NCBI GenBank assembly: GCA_900547315.1
Contig: URGI01000001.1
Coordinates: forward strand, 12,639-76,638
Direction of reading: 5' to 3'
DNA: 64,000 nucleotides
Source of the DNA: an uncultured Eubacteriales bacterium
Lineage (GTDB): Bacteria > Bacillota > Clostridia > Oscillospirales > Oscillospiraceae
Shown: positions 1-8,450 of the stretch, in pieces
How positions within the stretch are numbered: position 1 is the first letter of the stretch
How the letters are laid out: each line of letters begins with the position of its first letter
Translations under genes and position numbers: made by a program
The notes under the pieces: generated by a model
Database searches by the model: none
Seen by the model: only the letters and a program-made list of their open reading frames with translations
Told to the model about the DNA's origin: nothing

Positions 1-384
1 CTGGAGGCACAGGGCGTGGATGTCAATATGAATGTAAACGTGCCGCGCATACCCAAGGTGAGCAACATATATATGGTGAGCGCACTCGGGAATCTGCTGG
101 ATAACGAGGCCGAGGCCGCTCTCAAATGCGAAAAGCCGTGGATAAAGCTGAACGCCTATTCCTCGAAGGGCTATCTCATCATAGAGGTCACGAATCCGAC
201 CCTGCCGAACGCGTCCAAGCCGCGCCGGATTCCGGAGCTGCCGCGTGGAGTCGGCTCGCATATTCTGACCGAGATCGCGGAAACCTACGAGGGGCAGTAT
301 ACCTGCTGCGAGGAGAACGGCGTTTTCCACGCCACGCTCACTCTGAAGGAGGACAACTGCGATGCTTCGCATAGCGATATGTGA
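1..384 (+). CDS. Sensor histidine kinase, C-terminal GHKL ATPase fragment (LytS/AgrC-type); 5' end lies outside the window
   Basis: The reading frame is open from base 1 (LEAQGVDVNMNV...). It carries the GHKL signature (G-box) GVGSHILTEIAETYEG and is followed immediately by a LytTR response regulator. Stop at 382-384. Confidence 0.6.
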   Translation: MEAQGVDVNMNVNVPRIPKVSNIYMVSALGNLLDNEAEAALKCEKPWIKLNAYSSKGYLIIEVTNPTLPNASKPRRIPELPRGVGSHILTEIAETYEGQYTCCEENGVFHATLTLKEDNCDASHSDM

Positions 385-1084
385 CGATGAACGCATACAC
401 CGCCGGCACACGGCGGAGCTGATAGACAGCGCGCTCGCCGCGCGCAGCGCGGATATCAGCTGCTTTGACAGCTCCGAAGCGCTGCTCCAGGCGGTGGTTT
501 CCGGCTACGCGCCGGACATCGCGGTGCTGGATATTCAGATGGGCGAGATGGACGGGATCAGTCTCGCAAAGAGGCTCAATGCACTCACTCCGTCCTGCCG
601 CATAATTTTTGTCACGTCGTACCTCGCATTTGCGACCGAAGTCTACAGCACGGAGCACGTCTATTTCATCCTGAAAAGCCAGATCGACGAGCGCATCGGA
701 AGCGCACTGGAGAAGGCCGTGTCGGCGATCGACGCGGATCGCGGCAGCGGCGCGATGCTGCCGGTCAAGGTTCGCGGCGGCACGGAGCTGATACCGGTGA
801 AGGACGTCAAATACGTGGAGCGGCTGGGCCGCAAGACGCATGTCGTCGCCGCGGGCTCGGAGCTGTGGAGCGCGCATGCTCCGGCGGAGCTGCTGAGCGG
901 GCATGAGGAGCGGTTTATCCGATGTCATCAGAGCATATGGGTCAATCCGCAGTGGGTCTCCGCCATGAAGAGCGACGAATTCCTGCTCAAGGACGGGGCG
1001 AGCCTGCCAATAAGCCGCGGCTACAAGCAGTCCGCGCGGGACGCGTTCTTCGCATCGCTCCGCCGTCCGGAGGACGCACTATAA
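362..1084 (+). CDS. LytTR-family two-component response regulator (REC + LytTR DNA-binding domain)
   Basis: N-terminal REC motifs (ICDDE, phospho-acceptor region DIAVLDIQM) and a C-terminal LytTR-like region. GGAGGA RBS lies 9 nt upstream of the ATG at 362. The start overlaps the kinase stop. Confidence 0.85.
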   Translation: MLRIAICDDERIHRRHTAELIDSALAARSADISCFDSSEALLQAVVSGYAPDIAVLDIQMGEMDGISLAKRLNALTPSCRIIFVTSYLAFATEVYSTEHVYFILKSQIDERIGSALEKAVSAIDADRGSGAMLPVKVRGGTELIPVKDVKYVERLGRKTHVVAAGSELWSAHAPAELLSGHEERFIRCHQSIWVNPQWVSAMKSDEFLLKDGASLPISRGYKQSARDAFFASLRRPEDAL

Positions 1085-1104
1085 TAAAGCAGCGCGGCAA
1101 AGTG

Positions 1105-1133
1105 TTGACAAGTCCGGCGGCGCACCGTATAAT
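1105..1133 (+). promoter_or_regulatory. Consensus sigma-A-type promoter upstream of serC: TTGACA, 17-nt spacer, TATAAT
   Basis: Exact TTGACA at 1105-1110 and TATAAT at 1128-1133 with a 17-nt spacer, read directly from the sequence. Confidence 0.45.
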
Positions 1134-1150
1134 TGAACGAAGAAGAATTC

Positions 1151-1189
1151 ACGGCAGGAAGATGAATCTTCCTGCCGTTGGTTTATAAA
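1151..1189 (+). promoter_or_regulatory. 5' leader hairpin (12-bp perfect stem ACGGCAGGAAGA/TCTTCCTGCCGT, loop TGAA) followed by UGGUUUAUAAA; possible attenuator or pause element ahead of serC
   Basis: Perfect inverted repeat at 1151-1162 and 1167-1178. It lies between the predicted -10 and the serC RBS (AGGAGGG at about 1196). Confidence 0.35.
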
Positions 1190-1209
1190 CTGCCAACAGG
1201 AGGGATATT

Positions 1210-2298
1210 GTGAACCGTGTTTTGAATTTTTCCGCGGGGCCGTCGATGCTGCCGCTTGAGGTGCTTGAGGAGGCTCAGCGCGATCTGGTAGATTATAAGG
1301 GCTGCGGCAGCAGCGTCATGGAGATGAGCCACCGCTCCAAGTATTTCGCGCCGATAATCGCGGACGCGGAGGCCTCGCTGCGCCGCATCATGAACATAAG
1401 CGACGATTACCATGTGCTCTTTCTGCAGGGCGGCGCGTCGCTCCAGTTCTCGATGATACCGATGAACCTCGCAAAGCGCGGGGAAAAGGCGGCATATGTC
1501 GTCACGGGGCAGTTCGCGGGCAAAGCGCTTGACGAGGGCGCGCGCTGGTGCGATGCTGTGTGTCTTGCAAGCGGCAAGGAAAACGGCTTCGCGGAAATTC
1601 CGCACATAAGCGCCGCCGATGTGCCGCAGGACGCGCGGTTTCTGCACATAACCGTCAACAATACCATCTACGGCACCATGTGGAGCGAGCTGCCCGAAAC
1701 GGGAAGCGTCCCCCTCGTGGGCGACCTGTCGTCCGTTGCACTGGGGCGCGAATATGATATAAACCGCTTCGGCCTCGCGTATATGGGCGCGCAGAAGAAT
1801 ATGGGCATCGCAGGTCTCACCGTCGTCATAATCCGCAAGGAGCTTGTGACGAGCGAGCTTGACGAGGTCGTCCCCTCCATGCTGCGCTATGATCTGATGG
1901 CGAAAAACGGCTCTATGTACAATACCCCGCCCGCCTTTGCGATATATATGGCCGGACTCATGTTCAACTGGGTCGAGGCGCAGGGCGGCGTCGCGGAGAT
2001 GGAGCGCCGTAATAAAGAGAAAGCCGCGCTGCTGTATTCCGTGCTGGACGAGTCGAGCATGTTTGCCCCGCGCGCCGAGAAGGACAGCCGTTCGATAACC
2101 AACGTCACCTTTACACTGCCCACGCCTGAGCTGACCGCGGATTTCGTGCGCATGGCCGAGGGGCGCGGGATGATAAACGTCAAGGGACACCGGCTCACCG
2201 GAGGCTGCCGCGCCTCGATATATAACGGCATGCCGATGACGGGCGTGGAGAAGCTCGCCGAGTGCATGAGAGACTTTGAGAGGGGACTGCGCGAATGA
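1210..2298 (+). CDS. serC: Phosphoserine aminotransferase (3-phosphoserine/phosphohydroxythreonine transaminase)
   Basis: Full-length similarity pattern to SerC (NFSAGPSMLP, PLP-lysine region, C-terminal GCRASIYNGMP). GTG start at 1210 with an AGGAGGG RBS. The stop overlaps the next ATG (ATGA). Confidence 0.9.
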   Translation: MNRVLNFSAGPSMLPLEVLEEAQRDLVDYKGCGSSVMEMSHRSKYFAPIIADAEASLRRIMNISDDYHVLFLQGGASLQFSMIPMNLAKRGEKAAYVVTGQFAGKALDEGARWCDAVCLASGKENGFAEIPHISAADVPQDARFLHITVNNTIYGTMWSELPETGSVPLVGDLSSVALGREYDINRFGLAYMGAQKNMGIAGLTVVIIRKELVTSELDEVVPSMLRYDLMAKNGSMYNTPPAFAIYMAGLMFNWVEAQGGVAEMERRNKEKAALLYSVLDESSMFAPRAEKDSRSITNVTFTLPTPELTADFVRMAEGRGMINVKGHRLTGGCRASIYNGMPMTGVEKLAECMRDFERGLRE

Positions 2299-3458
2299 AG
2301 GATCTGAACAAGCTGTTCGCGCCGATCGGGCTGCGCGTTCCGGAAATCCTGCTCCCCGCGCGAGACATTGAGCGCTTCGCGGTTATCGCCTGCGATCAGC
2401 ATACGGCGGAACCGGAATATTGGGAGGAGACGGAGCGGATCGTCGGCGATGCGCCGTCCGCGCTGCATCTGATGCTGCCGGAGGCGTGGCTCGGCCGCGA
2501 GAATGCGGGCGCGGATGTGCCAGCGAATATGCGCCGGTACCTTGCCGACGGGAGCCTGCGCAGCATAGGCGAGGGCTTCGTCTATGTGTGCCGCCGGACT
2601 TCGGAGGGCATACGCCATGGGCTGCTTGCCGCCGTCGATCTTGAGCAGTATGATTTCAGCCCCACGGCGGATACGCTCATGCGCGCGACCGAGGCCACCG
2701 TGCGTGAGCGGCTGCCCGCGCGCATTGCGCTGCGGCGCGAAGCCGTGCTGGAAATGCCGCATGTGCTCGTGCTGACGGACGACCGCGAGAATTCCGTGAC
2801 GGCGCTGCTGGAGCGCGAGCTTGGCAGCCTGCCGAAGCTGTATGATTTCGACCTGATGCAGGGCGGCGGACATATCGAGGGCTATCATGTTCGGGATGAG
2901 CGCGTGTGCGCGGCGATAGCCGATGCACTCGGCGCGCTGAACGAGAAGCGCGGCAACGCGCCGCTGTACGCCGTCGGCGACGGGAACCATTCGCTGGCCG
3001 CGGCGCGCGAGTGCTGGTATGCCCAGCGCGAAAGCATTCCGGAGACCGAGCGCGAGGGGCATCCGCTGCGCTATGCGCTGGTGGAGCTGGTCAGCATCTA
3101 TGACGATGGACTGAGCTTCCACCCGATACACCGGCTGCTGTGCAATGTCGATCCGGAGCAGGTGCAGCGCGAGCTGGGCTTCGATGCGGCGAACCCGCCG
3201 TCGCTTCAGGAATTGCAGCCCAAGCTCGACGAGTGGCTGGCGCGGCATCCGGAGGCGCAGCTGGACTACATACACGGTGCCGAGGAGTGCCGGAAGCTTG
3301 GGGACAGGCCGGATAGGCTGAGCATAGTGTTCGGCAGCTTCGACCGCGGCGACTTTTTCGCTACGATACAGCGCGACGGGATATTTGTCCGCAAGAGCTT
3401 CTCCATCGGTAGTGCGGACGAAAAGCGGTATTATCTTGAATGCCGCAGGATAAGATAA
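2295..3458 (+). CDS. DUF1015 family protein (conserved serC partner of unknown function)
   Basis: 387-aa protein of the length and character of DUF1015 proteins, which are frequently encoded next to serC/serA in Firmicutes. Translationally coupled to serC through the ATGA overlap. Confidence 0.7.
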   Translation: MKDLNKLFAPIGLRVPEILLPARDIERFAVIACDQHTAEPEYWEETERIVGDAPSALHLMLPEAWLGRENAGADVPANMRRYLADGSLRSIGEGFVYVCRRTSEGIRHGLLAAVDLEQYDFSPTADTLMRATEATVRERLPARIALRREAVLEMPHVLVLTDDRENSVTALLERELGSLPKLYDFDLMQGGGHIEGYHVRDERVCAAIADALGALNEKRGNAPLYAVGDGNHSLAAARECWYAQRESIPETEREGHPLRYALVELVSIYDDGLSFHPIHRLLCNVDPEQVQRELGFDAANPPSLQELQPKLDEWLARHPEAQLDYIHGAEECRKLGDRPDRLSIVFGSFDRGDFFATIQRDGIFVRKSFSIGSADEKRYYLECRRIR

Positions 3459-3487
3459 AGACGCGGCGCTGAAACTGAATAGACGAA

Positions 3488-3522
3488 GGGCGGCTGTTTC
3501 AGACAGCCGCCTTTCGTTATCG
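3488..3522 (+). terminator. Intrinsic terminator after the DUF1015 gene (GGCGGCTG/CAGCCGCC stem plus T-rich tail)
   Basis: 8-bp GC stem at 3489-3496 and 3504-3511, followed by TTTCGTTATCGTGTGTTTT. Confidence 0.6.
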
Positions 3523-3548
3523 TGTGTTTTCCAGGTCACAATTCCATC

Positions 3549-3577
3549 TTGAAATAATAGCCATATTTTATTATAAT
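3549..3577 (+). promoter_or_regulatory. Sigma-A-like promoter for the orphan gene: TTGAAA, 17 nt, TATAAT
   Basis: TTGAAA at 3549-3554 and TATAAT at 3572-3577. It sits about 40 nt upstream of the RBS/ATG at 3619. Confidence 0.4.
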
Positions 3578-3618
3578 CAAGTCAGATCGACCTGATAAAA
3601 CACGTAAGGAGTGCTGAT

Positions 3619-4902
3619 ATGGGGGCATGGAGCGTCAGCGTAACCGGAAATGATATGGCGCTCGACCTGAAGATGGATTACTCATGCGCCTTCTATCGCT
3701 GGGGAGAAAGCGCCGCAGACAAGATAGACGAATACATCAGAACCAGATTCGACGAGACCGATCCGGAGGAATGGTGCAACTATGTCTATTCCCTCGCGGA
3801 CTATATGTGGAAAAAGGGCATTCTCACGGACGAGATAAGAGATCGGGCGATACAGCTGATCGACAGCGATTTCGGCCTTGAGATATGGGCGGAGTCAGGG
3901 GAGAAGATACTGAACCAGCGGAAGAAAGCGCTTGCGGATTTCCGCGCGATGCTTCTCTCGCCGATGGGGCCGAAGAAGAAAATCAAGCCCGACGTATACA
4001 CGGACACCATTTTCAACGAAGGGGATATAGTGGCGATACAGCTGAAAACCGCCAATAAATCCATCGCCAAGCACGCCCGCGAATATACGGACATGACGGA
4101 CGAAGAGTTCCATAGCTACGACGGGAAATATGTCCTGCTGCAAAAGATATCTGACAAATCGTCATGGCAATGCGCCATGGTGCCTGAAATACATGACTGG
4201 TGGGCAAACTTCCGGCTGCTCAACGGCATTTACGAAGAGATACCGGACAGCGTCGATACTGACCGGCTCACTGACGCGACCTTTATCGGTTGTCGGGAGC
4301 CGGTGTTCACCTGTGAGAGCAGCATGTTTTACTTCAGGAAAAGGCACTACAAGGTGATAGGCAATCAACGCCCGCAAATGGAGAGATACCAGTATTTGCA
4401 GAAAAGTGAAGGCAGGCAGATTTTCCTCGGAATAAGCACGGAGTGGCACGATCCGGACTCCTTCTTTGTGGCGGCGATGGATCTGGAGAAAACTGTCCGC
4501 CTGTGGGACGGTTCGGTCAGCCGGCTGATGGAGATCGCGCATGACGCGAACCGCTGTGGCGCGTTCAATTACCGTTTGTCGAAAGAAGAAAATGACAGGA
4601 ATCGGGAGCAGGAGGAGCTTCTGATAGACCAGAAGCTGCGGGAAGCGGCGGACGATCCCAAAACGAAAATTTATATGCTGCACTGGGGTCGTGACTGCGC
4701 TTTTGCTTCCGTCAAAGATGGCCGGATAGACAATGTCTATGTCCTGGGAGTTTATCAGAGAAGCGGCGCGGCGACCTGCCTTCTGACCGAAATATCAAAG
4801 GCGGCGGGGTCGGGCGCATATATGATCATTCCCGATGTCAGGCGTAAAAAGGAGCTCGAAAAGCTCTGCGGATACGCGGATATTGAGATAAGGTACTGCT
4901 GA
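3619..4902 (+). CDS. Hypothetical 427-aa protein. N-terminus resembles DUF4259 (MGAW...ND.ALD). The C-terminal region carries a GNAT-like R/Q-x-x-G-x-A motif.
   Basis: Clean ORF with an AAGGAGTG RBS. It is AT-richer than its neighbours and is flanked by its own promoter and by terminators on both sides. The domain calls come from motif memory, not from a search. Confidence 0.5.
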   Translation: MGAWSVSVTGNDMALDLKMDYSCAFYRWGESAADKIDEYIRTRFDETDPEEWCNYVYSLADYMWKKGILTDEIRDRAIQLIDSDFGLEIWAESGEKILNQRKKALADFRAMLLSPMGPKKKIKPDVYTDTIFNEGDIVAIQLKTANKSIAKHAREYTDMTDEEFHSYDGKYVLLQKISDKSSWQCAMVPEIHDWWANFRLLNGIYEEIPDSVDTDRLTDATFIGCREPVFTCESSMFYFRKRHYKVIGNQRPQMERYQYLQKSEGRQIFLGISTEWHDPDSFFVAAMDLEKTVRLWDGSVSRLMEIAHDANRCGAFNYRLSKEENDRNREQEELLIDQKLREAADDPKTKIYMLHWGRDCAFASVKDGRIDNVYVLGVYQRSGAATCLLTEISKAAGSGAYMIIPDVRRKKELEKLCGYADIEIRYC

Positions 4903-4912
4903 CACATAATAA

Positions 4913-4948
4913 AACGAGCGGCTCCATAGCGGAGCCGCTTGTTTCTTA
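4913..4948. terminator. Bidirectional intrinsic terminator between the orphan gene (+) and the transketolase operon (-)
   Basis: Stem AGCGGCTCC/GGAGCCGCT with loop ATAGC, flanked by an A-run upstream and a T-run downstream. Confidence 0.6.
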
Positions 4949-4972
4949 TATATCGGGATGCCGATCCGAGCC

Positions 4973-5896
4973 TTACAGGAGCGCTTTGACCTTGGCGGCG
5001 ATGTTTTCCGCGGTCAGGCCGTATTCCACGAACAGCGCGTCGGGCTTACCGGACTGGCCGAAGCGATCTTCTACGCCGACGCGGTCGAAGCCGGCGCCGG
5101 CATGACCGGCCAGAACCTCTGCGACTGCGGAGCCGAGGCCGCCTGTGACGAAGTGTTCCTCGGCGGTGACGATGGCCTTCACCTTGCCGTTGTAGGCGAG
5201 GATGGTCTCTTTGTCGATGGGCTTGATGGTGTGGAAATTCACGACCGCTGCGCTGATGCCCTCGGCCTCAAGCAGCTCCGCCGCCTTGATGGCGCGGGTC
5301 ACCATGAGTCCGGTGGCGAAGATCGCGGCATCACTGCCGTCGCGGATGACGTTGGCCTTGCCGGGGATGAACGGCGTATCCGCGTCGGTCACGGCGTCGG
5401 TATTCGGGCGGGACAGGCGCAGATATACGGGGCCGTCTATCTCCACGGCCGCCGCGACGGCCTTTTTGGCTTCCTCGGCGTCACAGGGGACGAACACGGT
5501 CATGCCGGGGATGCCGCGCATGAGGCTTATATCCTCAAGCGCCTGATGGGAGCCGCCGTCCTCGCCGACGCTGAGCCCCGCGTGGGTGAACGCGAGCTTG
5601 ACGTTTGCCTTGGCATAGGCGACGCTGTTGCGTATCTGCTCATATGCGCGGCCTGCGCCGAATATGGCGAAGGTGCTGGCGAAGGGGATATAGCCGGAGA
5701 AGGCAAAGCCCGCCGCCGCGTCTATCATGTTCGCTTCGGCGATGCCGAAATCATAAAACCTGTCGGGGAAAGCCTTTTTGAAGGTGCTGGTCTTTGTGGA
5801 GCCGGAGAGATCCGCGTCCATAACGACTATGCGCTCGTTGATTTTGCCAAGCTCAGCAAGAGCTTCGCCGTATGCTTCTCTTGTGGATTTAGCCAT
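4973..5896 (-). CDS. Transketolase, C-terminal subunit (split transketolase, pyrimidine-binding plus C-terminal domains)
   Basis: 307-aa protein with typical split-Tkt C-subunit sequence (FGIAEANMIDAAAGFA..., GEDGGSHQ). Confidence 0.9.
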   Translation of the reverse strand: MAKSTREAYGEALAELGKINERIVVMDADLSGSTKTSTFKKAFPDRFYDFGIAEANMIDAAAGFAFSGYIPFASTFAIFGAGRAYEQIRNSVAYAKANVKLAFTHAGLSVGEDGGSHQALEDISLMRGIPGMTVFVPCDAEEAKKAVAAAVEIDGPVYLRLSRPNTDAVTDADTPFIPGKANVIRDGSDAAIFATGLMVTRAIKAAELLEAEGISAAVVNFHTIKPIDKETILAYNGKVKAIVTAEEHFVTGGLGSAVAEVLAGHAGAGFDRVGVEDRFGQSGKPDALFVEYGLTAENIAAKVKALL

Positions 5897-6701
5897 TTAA
5901 CGCAGCCTCCAATTCTTTCATGGCCGCCTCGTAGTCGGCGGTCTTTATAGTGGTGCCGTGCCAGCCGGGGTTGTTCTCCATGAAGGAAACGCCCTTGCCT
6001 TTGACGGTCTCGCAGCAGATGAACTTCGGCTTGCCAGTGGTGTGCGGCAGGCGGAGCGCCGCGGTGACGGCGTCGATATTGTGCCCGTCCACGGTGACAG
6101 TGTCAAAGCCGAAGGCGGCAAACTTCGCGCAGATGTTGCCGAGGGACATGACGTCGTCGTTCCTGCCGTCTATCTGCAGGCCGTTATGGTCGAGAATAAC
6201 GGTGAGGTTATCGAGCTTATAATGGGCGGCGGCCATTGCGGCCTCCCATATCTGACCCTCCTGGCACTCGCCGTCGCCGACCATGGTGTACACCTGATAG
6301 CGCTTGCCGCCGTGCTTTGCGGCCATAGCCATGCCTACAGCGATGGACATGCCCTGACCGAGGGAGCCGGTGCAGGCGTCAACGCCGGGGGTCTTGTTCT
6401 TGTCGGGGTGCCCCTGCAGGTGGCTTCCGAGCTGGCGCAGAGTCATAAGCTCCTCCTTCGGGAAGAAGCCCTTGTCCGCCAGCACCGCGTAGAGCGCGGG
6501 GCAGCAATGACCCTTGCTCAGGACGAAACGGTCACGATCCGGCATCTGCGGATCGGCGGGGTCAACGTTCATCACGTTATAATACAGCGCGACCAGCTCG
6601 TCGATGCAGGACAGGGAGCCGCCCGGATGACCGGACTGCGCCTTGTACAGCTCTTCGATAATATCAATTCTGAGCTGAGCCGCTTTCTTCTGAAGCGTCA
6701 T
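5889..6701 (-). CDS. Transketolase, N-terminal subunit (TPP-binding)
   Basis: 270-aa protein with the TPP motif GDGECQEG...HNG. It overlaps the downstream C-subunit gene by 8 nt. Confidence 0.9.
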   Translation of the reverse strand: MTLQKKAAQLRIDIIEELYKAQSGHPGGSLSCIDELVALYYNVMNVDPADPQMPDRDRFVLSKGHCCPALYAVLADKGFFPKEELMTLRQLGSHLQGHPDKNKTPGVDACTGSLGQGMSIAVGMAMAAKHGGKRYQVYTMVGDGECQEGQIWEAAMAAAHYKLDNLTVILDHNGLQIDGRNDDVMSLGNICAKFAAFGFDTVTVDGHNIDAVTAALRLPHTTGKPKFICCETVKGKGVSFMENNPGWHGTTIKTADYEAAMKELEAALNG

Positions 6702-6858
6702 TCTTTATTCCTCCATTCAGGTTTGTAGCCAATCGAGCGGGAATTCCGTCCCGCAAAACGACGTCTATAAGTATACATTACCGCGAATAGAATTTCAATA
6801 CATAAAAGTTCTTGAAAAATGTCAATAAATGCTGTTTAATATCAACGGAGTGATTTGA

Positions 6859-7710
6859 TTGAAATACAAAATTATTGCATTTGACCTTGACGGTACGCTT
6901 CTGAACGACGTCAAGGAGATACCTGAGGAGAATCTGCGCATGCTGCACCGCGCGGCGGAGTGCGGCGTACAGCTCGTGCCGGCGACTGGGCGGATATATC
7001 CCGGCCTGCCGGAGCAGCTGCGCGCGCTGCCGTTCGTGCGCTACTGCATATGCGTGAACGGTGCGCAGGTGTACGACGCATGGGAGAAAAAAGTGATCTG
7101 CCGCGCGGAGATACCGGCGGCGCGGGCGATAGAACTGGCGGAATTCATGGACGGCCTGCCCGTGATCTATGACTGCTATCAGGACGACTGGGGCTGGATG
7201 AGCGGCAGCATGTACGCGAAGATCGACGAATATATAAGTGACCCCGGCGTCGCACTGCTGACGAAAAAGACCCGCACGGCGGTGGACGATCTGAAAGCGA
7301 CGCTGCGCGAGCGCGGAACGCCGGTGCAGAAAATGCAGATGCATTTCAGCAATCCGGCGCAGCGGCTGCACTGGCTGGCTGAGCTGCCCGCGCTGTGGCC
7401 GGACATATCCGTGACCTCGTCGATAAGCAGCAACATAGAGCTGAACAGCCTCGACGCAAACAAGGGCGCGGCGCTGAAGCAGCTGTGCGGCCTGCTCGGC
7501 GTCGGTATAGAGGAGACGCTCGCCTTCGGCGACGGGTCGAACGACCTGACGATGCTCTCCGCGGCGGGAACCGGAGCCGCCATGCTCAACGCCTCGGATA
7601 ACGTCAAGGCCGCGGCGGACATCGTGACGGAGGCGGACAACAACTGCGCCGGTGTTGCGCAGACTGTATACAGGCTCATGCCGGAGATAGGGGGAGCATG
7701 CGATGAATGA
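6859..7710 (+). CDS. Cof-type HAD-IIB family hydrolase (sugar-phosphatase-like)
   Basis: N-terminal DLDGTLL motif and C-terminal GDGSND motif. TTG start with a GGAGTG RBS. Confidence 0.8.
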   Translation: MKYKIIAFDLDGTLLNDVKEIPEENLRMLHRAAECGVQLVPATGRIYPGLPEQLRALPFVRYCICVNGAQVYDAWEKKVICRAEIPAARAIELAEFMDGLPVIYDCYQDDWGWMSGSMYAKIDEYISDPGVALLTKKTRTAVDDLKATLRERGTPVQKMQMHFSNPAQRLHWLAELPALWPDISVTSSISSNIELNSLDANKGAALKQLCGLLGVGIEETLAFGDGSNDLTMLSAAGTGAAMLNASDNVKAAADIVTEADNNCAGVAQTVYRLMPEIGGACDE

Positions 7711-8386
7711 AGCGATCGCGGTGCGCGTGGTGATAAGCGCGCTGATAGGATATCTGCTCGGCTGCATAAGCCCGTCGTTCCTCATCGGGAAGCGGCGCGG
7801 ATACGACGTGCGCGAGACCGGGTCGAAGAATGCCGGCGCGTCAAACACGATAATCATGGCGGGGAAGTTTGCCGGAGTGCTGGTCGCGGTGCTGGATATT
7901 CTGAAGGCTGCGGCCTCATGGTGGATAGCGGCCGCGCTGTTTCCGGAGCTTGAATTTGCCGGACAGATCGCAGGAGCGGCCTGCGTGCTGGGGCATATGT
8001 TCCCCGTGTTCCTGGGCTTCAGGGGCGGAAAGGGCTTCGCCTGCCTCGGCGGGCTGGCGCTTGCCTGCGGCCCCGCGACGTTTTTGCTGATGGTACTGCT
8101 CGCGGCAATTATCGGCTTTGCGAGCAGCTATATCTGCATCGCGGCGGTGTCGATGTCGGTCGTTTTCCCGCTGTATTATGCGCTGACCACCGGCTCGTGG
8201 CTGGGTGCGCTGATATTGCTGCTGCCGTCTCCGTTCATGTTCTATAAGCATAGGGAAAATTTCCAAAGGATCGCGGCGGGGCAGGAGTTGAAGCTCAGCT
8301 TCCTGTGGAAAAATGAGAGCGAGATGAACCGCACCGGCCATATAGCCGCCGTCGAAAACGAAGCCGACGACGAGCTGCAGGCGTAA
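7703..8386 (+). CDS. plsY: Glycerol-3-phosphate acyltransferase PlsY (acyl-phosphate dependent)
   Basis: 227-aa polytopic protein with the PlsY hallmark GSKNAGASN and the GHMFPVFLGFRGGKG motif. Overlaps the HAD gene by 8 nt. Confidence 0.9.
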   Translation: MNEAIAVRVVISALIGYLLGCISPSFLIGKRRGYDVRETGSKNAGASNTIIMAGKFAGVLVAVLDILKAAASWWIAAALFPELEFAGQIAGAACVLGHMFPVFLGFRGGKGFACLGGLALACGPATFLLMVLLAAIIGFASSYICIAAVSMSVVFPLYYALTTGSWLGALILLLPSPFMFYKHRENFQRIAAGQELKLSFLWKNESEMNRTGHIAAVENEADDELQA

Positions 8387-8411
8387 AAATTCGCAGTTTG
8401 CTGGCAGAATA

Positions 8412-8450
8412 AATAAAAAATTCCGTGGATCATTCCACGGAATTTTTTTA
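8412..8450. terminator. Bidirectional intrinsic terminator between plsY (+) and the membrane-protein gene (-)
   Basis: Stem AATTCCGTGGA/TCCACGGAATT with loop TCAT, flanked by A-rich and T-rich runs. Confidence 0.65.

Noticed and set aside
1887-3539. 550-aa ORF on the - strand
   Set aside because: It is antisense to serC and the DUF1015 gene. It has no recognisable domain and an Arg/Ala/Leu-rich composition typical of GC-rich antisense frames.
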